From: Patescibacteria group bacterium UBA2196
GTDB lineage: Bacteria > Patescibacteriota > Patescibacteriia > UBA2196
Assembly: GCA_002328025.1 (NCBI GenBank)
Contig: DCVE01000002.1
Location: 1-42,947, forward strand
Length of the DNA: 42,947 bases
Direction: 5' to 3'
The notes under the pieces are model-generated. The model saw nothing but the letters and a program-made list of their open reading frames with translations, ran no database searches and was not told where the DNA came from. Positions 1 to 8,590 of the stretch are shown here, one piece after another; position 1 is the first letter of the stretch, and each line of letters opens with the position of its first letter. Made by a program: the position numbers and the translations under genes.

Positions 1-63
1 TGCTGTGATAAAAAATAATTTTGTCGGAGTTTATTTTTTTATAATTTAAAATTTGAATTTTAA

Positions 64-88
64 AATTCCCCGCGTTAAGCGGGGGATT
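64..88. repeat. GC-rich palindrome upstream of tRNA-His
   Basis: aattCCCCGC-gttaa-GCGGGGgatt inverted repeat in an AT-rich context. Confidence 0.5.
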
Positions 89-93
89 AATAT

Positions 94-168
94 GGTGGCC
101 ATAGTTTAACGGTAGAACAGCGGGTTGTGGTCCCGCTAGCCAGGGTTCAACTCCCTGTGGCCACCCCA
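94..168 (+). tRNA. tRNA-His (GTG), encoded G-1 and CCA
   Basis: Acceptor GTGGCCA/TGGCCAC with extra G94:C165 pair; anticodon arm GCGGG-TTGTGGT-CCCGC; T arm CAGGG-TTCAACT-CCCTG; CCA at 166-168. Confidence 0.97.
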
Positions 169-370
169 CAACAAACTTTCTTTTTTAGAGGGTTTTTTGT
201 TTTGACAAAAATATAATAGGTAGAGACTAATTGCTTTGCTTTTTTTATTTTCAAAAACCAAATTTATTTTAATTGTTTTTATATTTAATAAACTAAATCT
301 GACACTGTGGAGTAAGATTTGGAATGAAAATATATTCTGTATTTTCTTCAAAATATTTTCTAACCTCACG
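163..370 (+). repeat. 208-bp direct repeat, copy 1 (starts within the tRNA-His 3' end)
   Basis: Identical by eye to 2151..2358 (offset 1988). Confidence 0.95.
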
Positions 371-382
371 CACTGTTTGAGT
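293..382 (-). pseudogene. Orphan recombinase-like C-terminal tail 1 (TQTVREVRKYFEENTEYIFIPNLTPQCQI*)
   Basis: Manual translation; homologous to tails at 2067..2153 and 2281..2370; recombinase origin is inferred. Confidence 0.55.
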
Positions 383-450
383 CAGCCTTTGGCTCTGAGA
401 TTTAATCTTGCATATAGAGGAAAAGACATCTTCAAGAATAGTATTCTTTA

Positions 451-459
451 TGATATAAT
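451..459 (+). promoter_or_regulatory. Extended -10 promoter (TGATATAAT)
   Basis: TGnTATAAT about 50 bp upstream of the ATG at 511. Confidence 0.5.
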
Positions 460-510
460 TTCTAATATAATGTAGTTAAATAAATTTAACTAAATCTAGA
501 CCATAATAAT

Positions 511-2070
511 ATGAAATTTAAAATTATAATTATTTTTACATTAACAATATTAAGTATTGGTTATACACAACCAGCTTTTTCTGCTAACTCCAATGTTTAT
601 ACCATAACGGTTGATGATTCTTATAAAAATATGGGTATAGTGGATTTTGGAAAGAGTATATTAAAAAAATTTTATGAAAAATATCCGGATAAATACGATT
701 TTATTACTATTTACACTGATTTTAACTCTATCGGTAGTTTACAAAGCCAGACGATTAAAAGCGATATCGTTGGTATAGGAAAAATTATTGCTGATGACTA
801 CCAATATTTTAATAGTCTTGGTCGTTTAAAAAGCATTAGTTTAATGTACAATATTGATGATTCAACAATGCCATTTACTTTTGATATTGAAAAAGATTAC
901 CAATTTTTTGAACAAATAGCACACGAAACCAGTCATTATTGGCTGGTTTACGATATCAGCGATGGTCAAAATTGCACCCAACTGAATAATTGTAAGGGCG
1001 GTCAACGTCTGACTACTGGCTACAACCATTGGAGTATTTTATTGAATACCTGCACAGAAACAAATGGACAATTTTTTAGAGACCCAAATGGAGGTGGATG
1101 CTGGCAAGATAACCAAAATGGCACCTTTACACAAATAGACACACATGACAAAAAAGTTAAGTTTTCTAGCCTAAGTTTTTTTCTGGCTGGCTTGACGGCT
1201 AAAGACACAAATGGAAATACTTTTATTATAGAGACCAATGACCCAATATCAAACACGATACAAGGTGTTAAAAAACAGGTTTTCATTAGTGATATAATAA
1301 AATATACAAACAGTGAACGGGTGCCAGATTATAATAATAGCCAAAAACATTTTAATATGGCCTTTATTTTAGCCCTTAATAATAAATCGGAAATGACTCT
1401 GGAACAAAGTAAAAAAATGAATTATTTGGCTGATAATTTTTCTGCTATCTGGAGTGAGGCAACTAATAATATTTCAACAATAAATTCAGGGCAGGCCGAT
1501 ATAATTGATGATCTCAGTTCCGATGTTAATAATCCAGACACACCAGCTTCTACACCAACTCCAAATCCTGTACAAATAGATATGAATTTAGCAAAAAGAT
1601 TAAAAGGCAGATTACTTTTACAGGTAGAGGGTGGAGGGAATATCTGGTATGTTGATACAAATAAATATCAACGTTACAGCGTTACATGGACCAATGCATT
1701 GCCACTATTTAAGAAATTATCTTTGGGGATTACTGATGAAAATTTATTGAAAATTAAATCCGACATCTCAAATTTAAATCCAAATTTAGACACCGATAAT
1801 GATGGTTATAAAGATATTTTGGAATTGCAGAATAATTATAACCCCTATCTTTCTGGAAATTATAAATTTAAATTAGATGTAAATTTGTCTGATAGATTAA
1901 AAGGCAAACTCCTCCTACAAGTTAATCAAGGCGGAGCTATCTGGTATGTTGATGTAAACAATATCAGACACAATGTGAGATGGAACAATCTAATGTATCT
2001 ATTTGAAAGTCTAGCTCTTGGAATTACTGATAATGATTTGTATAAGATTCCAATAGGAAATTTGAATTAG
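511..2070 (+). CDS. Secreted protein: zincin-like HExxH domain plus duplicated C-terminal surface repeat with a Ca-binding-like loop
   Basis: Signal peptide (AFSA); IAHETSHYW with a later His (YNHW); Pro/Thr linker; two copies of RLKGxLLLQVxxGGxIWYVD..RxxVxW..F..LxLGITD flanking DTDNDGYKDILE..NPY. Confidence 0.8.
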   Translation: MKFKIIIIFTLTILSIGYTQPAFSANSNVYTITVDDSYKNMGIVDFGKSILKKFYEKYPDKYDFITIYTDFNSIGSLQSQTIKSDIVGIGKIIADDYQYFNSLGRLKSISLMYNIDDSTMPFTFDIEKDYQFFEQIAHETSHYWLVYDISDGQNCTQLNNCKGGQRLTTGYNHWSILLNTCTETNGQFFRDPNGGGCWQDNQNGTFTQIDTHDKKVKFSSLSFFLAGLTAKDTNGNTFIIETNDPISNTIQGVKKQVFISDIIKYTNSERVPDYNNSQKHFNMAFILALNNKSEMTLEQSKKMNYLADNFSAIWSEATNNISTINSGQADIIDDLSSDVNNPDTPASTPTPNPVQIDMNLAKRLKGRLLLQVEGGGNIWYVDTNKYQRYSVTWTNALPLFKKLSLGITDENLLKIKSDISNLNPNLDTDNDGYKDILELQNNYNPYLSGNYKFKLDVNLSDRLKGKLLLQVNQGGAIWYVDVNNIRHNVRWNNLMYLFESLALGITDNDLYKIPIGNLN

Positions 2071-2153
2071 GTTCTCATAGATATTAGGGTCGGAATAAGA
2101 ATATCTTCTGGATTGTGAATAAAATAAGTTCTAACATCACGCACAGTTCGACC
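2067..2153 (-). pseudogene. Orphan recombinase-like C-terminal tail 2 (GRTVRDVRTYFIHNPEDILIPTLISMRT*)
   Basis: End of track ORF 2067..2381; homologous to the other two tails; its stop overlaps the cargo gene stop (TTAG 2067-2070). Confidence 0.55.
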
Positions 2154-2358
2154 CCACAACAAACTTTCTTTTTTAGAGGGTTTTTTGTTTTGACAAAAAT
2201 ATAATAGGTAGAGACTAATTGCTTTGCTTTTTTTATTTTCAAAAACCAAATTTATTTTAATTGTTTTTATATTTAATAAACTAAATCTGACACTGTGGAG
2301 TAAGATTTGGAATGAAAATATATTCTGTATTTTCTTCAAAATATTTTCTAACCTCACG
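2151..2358 (+). repeat. 208-bp direct repeat, copy 2
   Basis: Identical by eye to 163..370. Confidence 0.95.
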
Positions 2359-2370
2359 TACAGTTCGACC
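2281..2370 (-). pseudogene. Orphan recombinase-like C-terminal tail 3 (GRTVREVRKYFEENTEYIFIPNLTPQCQI*)
   Basis: Manual translation, mostly within repeat copy 2. Confidence 0.55.
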
Positions 2371-2371
2371 C

Positions 2372-2406
2372 AAAAAAACATCTTCCAGAAATAGGAGATG
2401 TTTTTT
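2372..2406. terminator. Bidirectional intrinsic terminator
   Basis: AAAAAAACATCTTCC-agaaata-GGAGATGTTTTTT, directly after the third att-like core and downstream of the LCP gene. Confidence 0.75.
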
Positions 2407-2431
2407 GATTAACAGGTATAAAATTATCTAA

Positions 2432-3622
2432 TTAAAATATTTCTTGCTTAAGCAGTTCTTTTCCTTTTTCTTGCCAAATTATTTCTCCACGGTTTTCCAT
2501 TTCTAAAATATAGTCAGCCAAAATTAATTCACGCTCTTTTTTGTCAGACAATGAAGTTGTGTATTGATATAGCAAATCATATTGTGTGTTTAGGCGTTTA
2601 TCCGTATCTTCAATTTGAAGCCATAAACTATTTTTATAAGCCCAAGATACAAACTCAAGATTCGTTTTATTTTTTTCAATAACGTCTAGTAGGTTTATTT
2701 GAAAATTTTCTTCTGGCATTCCAGGATAATCAGCACTGCTTAATAAATGTCTTATTGGGCCAATAGTTTTTTCTAAACTTTCCTTAAGATGCTCTGAGTC
2801 GTATAAAATATCTTGAATTGCATAGGCTGGACGCATGGTCAACTGGATTTTTTCGGGCTGGTTATCAATATCCATGTTGGCCACGGCGTTTATAATTTGT
2901 TGTGTTTGGGTAAAAGTCAAATCAGTTTTTATTAATTTATATATTAAATAATGTAAGGCTGTATCCAAACTGGATTGTTTGGGGGTCACAAATTTTAGCA
3001 GCATTTGTTTGATAAAAGTTGAGTGATTGTGGGCTCGTTGTGGTTCTCCAATAGTATAGCCGTGGCGATTTCTTAACCATTGCAGTGTTTCGGTTGTTGG
3101 CAGTTTTAGATTACGTAGAATTCCAACAGTTTCAGAAAATCCTACCACCACCAAGTAATCAGTTTTTACACCAAGTATTTTTTCAATTTGTTCAATGCCA
3201 TATGCTAAACCACCCAGACCACAAGCGTTGGATACATAATAGTCGGTTGAAGTTGCTCCCTTGCCCGGTGGTAAAGGTGAATATGTGCCACGCGGCACAG
3301 CGGTTATGGTAATTGTTTTTGAATTATTATCAATGGTAACAAGTTGGATTGCATCACAATGTCCATTTTCTTGCCCAATTCGGTTATCAAGCCCAATAAA
3401 GAGTATGCGGACTATTTTATCTTCACCAAAGGGGTCAATTGTTTTTTCAGCAGAATTTTTTTCACGACGGGATTTTATGATGTTTTCCAGAGTCTGATTT
3501 TGTTCTTTTAGGATAGAGCGATTTTCTGCTGACGCTTTATATCTTAAAACTAAGCCACCAATGACCCAGCAACAGACTCCCAAGAGGATTACCATTAAAA
3601 CAACAAAGATTTTCTTTTTCAT
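2432..3622 (-). CDS. LCP (LytR-CpsA-Psr) family protein
   Basis: N-terminal TM; ILFIGLDNR...CDAIQLV...AVPRGTY; LRNRH; RAHNH. Confidence 0.85.
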   Translation of the reverse strand: MKKKIFVVLMVILLGVCCWVIGGLVLRYKASAENRSILKEQNQTLENIIKSRREKNSAEKTIDPFGEDKIVRILFIGLDNRIGQENGHCDAIQLVTIDNNSKTITITAVPRGTYSPLPPGKGATSTDYYVSNACGLGGLAYGIEQIEKILGVKTDYLVVVGFSETVGILRNLKLPTTETLQWLRNRHGYTIGEPQRAHNHSTFIKQMLLKFVTPKQSSLDTALHYLIYKLIKTDLTFTQTQQIINAVANMDIDNQPEKIQLTMRPAYAIQDILYDSEHLKESLEKTIGPIRHLLSSADYPGMPEENFQINLLDVIEKNKTNLEFVSWAYKNSLWLQIEDTDKRLNTQYDLLYQYTTSLSDKKERELILADYILEMENRGEIIWQEKGKELLKQEIF

Positions 3623-3971
3623 ATTTTTTTAACTCACTAGTTGTGATTAATAATTAAAACCGTATGCAACAGTTTGATTTTATTCTTTAAATGGCATTTT
3701 GTATATAGTGGCTCATTAAACAGCCCTTTATCTCTGTGCATTATCTTTTGCCAAATTTTATCTTGTTCTTCCTGTTCATATTAGCGATACACACTCTACC
3801 CCCTAGATCAATCTGGGTGGATTTTAATAGATAACCTTCCACCTATTTTTTCTTCAAATTTTTTTATTTATTATCGAGATATAGTGTTTTAACACCCCAC
3901 TATCAGAAGGTCTGTCTGTCCTACTAAGTATTTTCCTAGCATTCAACCTTGACTGCCCCTCGTCTTGACCC

Positions 3972-4012
3972 CGCAAAACACCTCCCGGTAACGAAAGGTG
4001 TTTTTGCTTTTT
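3972..4012 (+). terminator. Hairpin with T tract
   Basis: GCAAAACACCT...AGGTGTTTTTGC followed by TTTTT. Confidence 0.5.
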
Positions 4013-4022
4013 GCGGCTTTGT

Positions 4023-4031
4023 TGCTATAAT
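4023..4031 (+). promoter_or_regulatory. Extended -10 promoter (TGCTATAAT)
   Basis: Perfect TGnTATAAT 22 bp upstream of the ATG at 4054. Confidence 0.65.
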
Positions 4032-4053
4032 GAAATTAAATTAATTTATAACC

Positions 4054-4494
4054 ATGTCCAAATCAAACAAAATTATCATTGTTGCGGTTGCTCTTCTGGC
4101 GGCTTTATTATTATTTTGGAACTGGCAAATAGTTCAAAAACAGGCCCAAAACACAGGTAATATAGAACAAGAAAAGGTTGCAGAAAAGTTGACCATTAAT
4201 CTTTTGGTTGAAGGTTTGGAAGGCCTACCAACCACAGTTGAATTTAAATCCGGCGGTCTGCTTTTGGATGTCTTAAAAGAATTTAATCAGAAATATCCGG
4301 CTTTAAATTTACAAACTAAAGATTTTGGGCAGATGGGTGTTTTGGTAGAACAAATGGGTAGTCAAAAAAACGGAACAGACGGTAAATATTGGCAATATTT
4401 TGTTAATGGCGCGCAACCCATGGTTGGTGCGGATAAATATGTTTTGCAAAGCAATGATCGGGTGGAATGGAAATTTGCTAAATCAGAATTTTAA
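4054..4494 (+). CDS. Membrane-anchored DUF4430 (transcobalamin C-terminal-like) protein
   Basis: N-terminal TM; YWQYFVNG..PMVGADKYVLQSNDRVEWKF. Confidence 0.85.
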   Translation: MSKSNKIIIVAVALLAALLLFWNWQIVQKQAQNTGNIEQEKVAEKLTINLLVEGLEGLPTTVEFKSGGLLLDVLKEFNQKYPALNLQTKDFGQMGVLVEQMGSQKNGTDGKYWQYFVNGAQPMVGADKYVLQSNDRVEWKFAKSEF

Positions 4495-4549
4495 ATTAGC
4501 CGGTTAAAAAATTATCTTGGCCAGTTGTGCACAATTAAATATTTTATTT

Positions 4550-5083
4550 ATGAAGATAGACAAAAATAAATTTTTTATTATCTTAAGCTTGGTCGCTCTG
4601 GTTGTTGTTTCTCGTTTAATACCGCACGCACCAAATTTTGCGCCCGTGGCAGCTATTGCCATGGCTGCCAGCCTGTGTTTGAGCAAAAAATGGTCAGTTT
4701 TTTTACCAATTTTTGCCGTGTTGATTTCTGACGCATTGATTGGTTTTTATGACTGGCGCTTGATGTTGGCGGTTTATAGTTCCTTTGCTGTTATTGGTGT
4801 TTTTAGTTGGTGGCTAAAAAAACATAGCGATTTTATAAATTTTTTAACCGTCAGTTTGGGCGCTTCAATTTTTTTCTTTTTTACCACCAATACAGCCGTT
4901 TGGTTGTTTAGTAGTTGGTATCCAAAAACTCTAGCTGGCCTGACGTTAAGTTTAGAAATGGGGTTGCCTTTTTTTAGAAATACTTTATTGGGCGATTTAT
5001 TTTATACCACAATTTTATGTGGCGGAATATTGTTAATTAGAGTAATCAGCCAGAGAAAAAAAATAAAAATGGTAAATATTTAA
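4550..5083 (+). CDS. DUF6580-like membrane protein, putative ECF S-component
   Basis: RLIPHAPNFAPVAAIA, ISD..IGFY, GLPFFRNTLLGDLFY; about 5-6 TM segments; ATG 4550 preferred over TTG 4517. Confidence 0.8.
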   Translation: MKIDKNKFFIILSLVALVVVSRLIPHAPNFAPVAAIAMAASLCLSKKWSVFLPIFAVLISDALIGFYDWRLMLAVYSSFAVIGVFSWWLKKHSDFINFLTVSLGASIFFFFTTNTAVWLFSSWYPKTLAGLTLSLEMGLPFFRNTLLGDLFYTTILCGGILLIRVISQRKKIKMVNI

Positions 5084-5106
5084 ATTTATAAAAAATATCA
5101 AAAAAT

Positions 5107-5147
5107 AATTAAAACAGATAGATCTAAACAAGCTGTCTGTTTTAATT
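5107..5147 (+). terminator. Intrinsic terminator
   Basis: AATTAAAACAGATAG...CTGTCTGTTTTAATT. Confidence 0.6.
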
Positions 5148-5225
5148 TAAATAACCCAAATAAAAAAAGTTGTTTCTTACCTAAAAACATGCTAAAATTA
5201 AAGCAATAATTAAAGTTTATAAAAT

Positions 5226-6242
5226 ATGATCAAAGTCATCGATGAGGGTATAATTCTAGAAAAAACAGCTTTAGAATTTGAAAATAAAGCCGTCTTAAAC
5301 CCTGCTTGTATTCAAGTCGGCGAGGTCACTCATATGTTTTATCGAGCAGTTAGCCAGCAGAATATTTCTTGTATTGGTTATTGTCAGTTAAAAGATAACG
5401 AAGTTATCAAAAGATTTAAAAAACCAATTTTAGTGCCAGAATATGATTATGAAAAGAACGGTCTCGAGGATCCGCGTATTACTTTTTTAGAAGGAACTTA
5501 TTACCTGCTCTATACTGTTTATGATGGGAAAAACGCTCTTATTGCCTATGCCACCAGTCCAGATCTTGCTCACTTTACCAAGCAAGGGCTTATTTCTCCA
5601 AAAATTTCTTACGACGAGGCTGAAGATATTTTTCGTGAGTCAAAAATCAGGGAAAGGTATTCTATGTTTGAGATGCTCTATAAAGAAAAATCCGGCAGAG
5701 ATATTTTACTCTTTGAAAAAGACGCATGTATTTTTCCTAAAAAAATTAATGGTAAATTTGCTCTTTTCCACCGCGTGTTACCAGGTATTCAAATTATTTA
5801 TTTTGATAATTTTTTTGAACTCACCGTAGAATTTTGGCGCGATTATTTTAAAAATTTAGGTGAATACATTGTGATTGACCCTTTGTTTTGGTTTGAGAAT
5901 CGTAATGTTGGTGGTGGTTGTCCACCCATTGAAACTAAAGACGGCTGGTTAATTATTTATCACGCTGTGGAAGATACTCCTTTTGGGAAAATATATCATG
6001 CTGCGGCCGCCTTGCTTGACCTAAAAAATCCACTCAAAGTTTTGGGGCGTTTAACTGAACCTTTGTTTTCCCCAGAGAATTTTTGGGAGAAAAATGGTGT
6101 GACTGACAATGTTGTTTTTCCTACCGGGGCTGTAGTTAGAGATGAGAAACTTTATATTTATTATGGTGCAGCCGATAAATTAATTGCCGCAAAGTCAATT
6201 AATTTGAACGAGCTTTTGACCGAAATCAAAATAATCCACTAA
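5226..6242 (+). CDS. Glycoside hydrolase family 130-like (mannoside phosphorylase/hydrolase)
   Basis: AVLNP, GLEDPRIT, KD..IFP, FHR, PPIETKDGWLIIYHAV, NVVFPTG, IYYGAAD. Confidence 0.9.
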   Translation: MIKVIDEGIILEKTALEFENKAVLNPACIQVGEVTHMFYRAVSQQNISCIGYCQLKDNEVIKRFKKPILVPEYDYEKNGLEDPRITFLEGTYYLLYTVYDGKNALIAYATSPDLAHFTKQGLISPKISYDEAEDIFRESKIRERYSMFEMLYKEKSGRDILLFEKDACIFPKKINGKFALFHRVLPGIQIIYFDNFFELTVEFWRDYFKNLGEYIVIDPLFWFENRNVGGGCPPIETKDGWLIIYHAVEDTPFGKIYHAAAALLDLKNPLKVLGRLTEPLFSPENFWEKNGVTDNVVFPTGAVVRDEKLYIYYGAADKLIAAKSINLNELLTEIKIIH

Positions 6243-6246
6243 AACT

Positions 6247-8553
6247 ATGAATACCAAACAATTATCGCCGCGGGTAAAATATCTGTCTAAACCAGTCTTA
6301 CTACCAGCTAAGCGACAAGCGGATTGGATTGTTTTTCTTTCCACCTTTCCACCACGACAATGTGGTATAGCTACCTTTACTACCGACCTCACTACTGCTA
6401 TTGATCAAATGTTTGGACCACAAGTTGAGTCAAAAATCATTGCCTTGAATATTAATGATATAAGCCATTTTAATTATTCAGACCAAGTCATTGCCGAGAT
6501 TAATCAGACGTGTCAAGAGGATTACTTTAAAGTTGCTGATAAGCTCAATAAAATTAAAGAAATCAAATTGATAAGTGTAGAACACGAGTTCGGCATTTAT
6601 GGCGGTGAATATGGAGAATATCTCCTCCCGTTCTTGGAAAAAATTAAAAAACCAGTTGTAACCACTTTCCACACTGTGGTGCCAGAGCCTAATAAAAAAA
6701 TGCTTACTATTGTTAAGACTATATTAAAACATTCTGCTGGTATTGTTGTCATGACCAATAATGCCAAAAGAATTCTCGAGAGTGATTATCGTGCAAGACC
6801 AGAACAAATTCAGGTTATCCCTCACGGTATTCATCAAGCGTCCTACCGAACTAGCGCCCACGCAAAGGCTTTACTTGGTTTTTCCGGTCAATTAATTCTT
6901 TCTACTTTTGGATTTCTTAGTTCTGGCAAAGGAATTGAATATATTATTGAAGCTTTACCGCAAGTAGTAGAAAAATTTCCTAATGTGCGTTTTTTGGTCG
7001 CAGGTGTCACTCACCCAACGGTACTGGAAAAGGAAGGTGAACAATACCGTAATTTTTTAATCAAAAAAGTTTATGAACTTGGTCTAGCAAAATATGTTTT
7101 ATTTTACAACACCTATTTTGATATTCATAAGTTGCTTAAATTTTTGTCGGCTACAGATATCTATCTATCTCCTTCTCTAAATCCCAATCAGACCGTTTCC
7201 GGTACCCTGTCTTATGCTTTAGGTAGTGGTTTACCAACCATCTCTACAGCGTTTTCTCAAGCTAAAGAAGATATCACTGAGGAAATTGGTTTATTGGTCG
7301 GTTTCAAAAATTCACAGGCTTTTGCCGAAGCCATCATTAAGCTATTGAGTAATGATCAATTGCGTTTGCAAATGGGCAAAAATGCTTATTTTCGCACTCG
7401 CTGTATGACCTGGCAAAATGTCTCTCTGACCTATCTTAATTTTTTCTCACAACTTGTTCCAGAGATAAGTCTTGGCCAAAAGAAATTTCCGCCAATCAAA
7501 CTGACACATCTAGTTAACTTAACCGATGATTTTGGCATTATCCAGTTTGCCAAACTTACTGAGCCGGACGTTTCTTCTGGCTATACCATTGATGACAACG
7601 CACGAGCTTTGATTGTGGCTACTCTTCACTACAAAAAATTTGCAACCACTTTTTCTCTAAGACTTGTTTCCACTTATCTTAATTTTATTTGTTTAGCGGT
7701 ACGGTCTGATGGTTATTTTAATAATTATATCAACACCAACCAGACTATTAATAAACCTCGCAATATTGAAGAGTATTCGGAAGACCCCAGCGCCAGGACA
7801 CTCTATGCCTTGGCCCGCGTTGCCACCACCAAAGAAATTCCTAGACACCTCAGAAAAAAAGCACACACCCTACTTGAACAGAGTCTACAAAAAGGTATTG
7901 TTTTTTCATCACCTCGTGCTATGGGTTTTTTTATTAAGGCGCTTTGTTGCTTACTTTCCAAATGGAAGGACCCCAAAACATTAGCCCACCTAAAATATTA
8001 TTGTGAACAATTAATGACTTTATATGAAAAAAGTTGTTCATCGGATTGGGAGTGGTTTGAACATTATTTAACTTATTCCAATGCTATTTTACCAGAAGCA
8101 CTTATTTGGGGATATAAAATAACTAATGAAAAAAAATATTTAACAGTGGCTGAAAAAACTTTTGATTTTTTGATTGGACATACTTTTCCATCAGAACCTC
8201 GCCGCGGTGGAGGTGTGGGTGGTGATAAAAATAAAATTTATATTCCTATTGGCCAAAGTGGTTGGTTTGTCAAGGGCGGTACCAGACAATATTTTGATCA
8301 ACAACCAGAGGATGTTACAGCAACCGTTGAGGCTCTTAATACCATGTTCCAGATTACTCACAAAAAAAATTACAAGGAATTGGCCCACCAAGCTTTTAAT
8401 TGGTTTTTGGGTGATAATATTTTGGGACAAGTCGTTTATGATCGTACCACTGGTGGGTGTTATGATGGTATAGGTGAAAAGTTTATTAATCTCAATCAAG
8501 GTGCCGAATCAACTATTTCTTATCTTTTGGCGCGTTTTTCTTTTGAAGAGTAA
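6247..8553 (+). CDS. GT4 glycosyltransferase fused to a C-terminal helical glycosidase-like domain
   Basis: STFPPRQCGIATFT, HEFGIYGG, KGIE, SGTLSYALG; C-terminal GYTIDDNARAL, FDQQP, GCYDG, NLNQGAEST. Confidence 0.9.
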   Translation: MNTKQLSPRVKYLSKPVLLPAKRQADWIVFLSTFPPRQCGIATFTTDLTTAIDQMFGPQVESKIIALNINDISHFNYSDQVIAEINQTCQEDYFKVADKLNKIKEIKLISVEHEFGIYGGEYGEYLLPFLEKIKKPVVTTFHTVVPEPNKKMLTIVKTILKHSAGIVVMTNNAKRILESDYRARPEQIQVIPHGIHQASYRTSAHAKALLGFSGQLILSTFGFLSSGKGIEYIIEALPQVVEKFPNVRFLVAGVTHPTVLEKEGEQYRNFLIKKVYELGLAKYVLFYNTYFDIHKLLKFLSATDIYLSPSLNPNQTVSGTLSYALGSGLPTISTAFSQAKEDITEEIGLLVGFKNSQAFAEAIIKLLSNDQLRLQMGKNAYFRTRCMTWQNVSLTYLNFFSQLVPEISLGQKKFPPIKLTHLVNLTDDFGIIQFAKLTEPDVSSGYTIDDNARALIVATLHYKKFATTFSLRLVSTYLNFICLAVRSDGYFNNYINTNQTINKPRNIEEYSEDPSARTLYALARVATTKEIPRHLRKKAHTLLEQSLQKGIVFSSPRAMGFFIKALCCLLSKWKDPKTLAHLKYYCEQLMTLYEKSCSSDWEWFEHYLTYSNAILPEALIWGYKITNEKKYLTVAEKTFDFLIGHTFPSEPRRGGGVGGDKNKIYIPIGQSGWFVKGGTRQYFDQQPEDVTATVEALNTMFQITHKKNYKELAHQAFNWFLGDNILGQVVYDRTTGGCYDGIGEKFINLNQGAESTISYLLARFSFEE

Positions 8554-8590
8554 AACTATATTAAACTATTTTTTATATTTAAACAGCACT

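Larger units (their letters stand above)
163..2372. mobile_element. tRNA-His-anchored tandem integrated units (A-B-A'); no recombinase in window
   Basis: Core ACCC(C)A at 163, 2151 and 2368; motif TTCTAAC(A/C)TCACG(C/T)AC(A/T)GTT(C/T)GA at 358, 2129 and 2346; one cargo gene. Confidence 0.7.

Noticed and set aside
136-475. Track ORFs 136..369(-) and 236..475(+), and likewise 2067..2381(-), as full genes
   Set aside because: They overlap the tRNA or the repeat and have weak starts; only the short conserved tails look meaningful
358-2372. CRISPR array or classical integron attC sites
   Set aside because: Only three motif copies at spacings of 1771 and 217 bp; no cas or intI gene; no attC-type palindrome
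3630-3900. Decayed gene on the minus strand
   Set aside because: Short stop-interrupted frames with no recognisable family
3880-4020. Cobalamin riboswitch upstream of the DUF4430 gene
   Set aside because: Only a vague B12-box resemblance (TCAGAAGGTCTGTC); core motifs are missing and the likely promoter lies downstream
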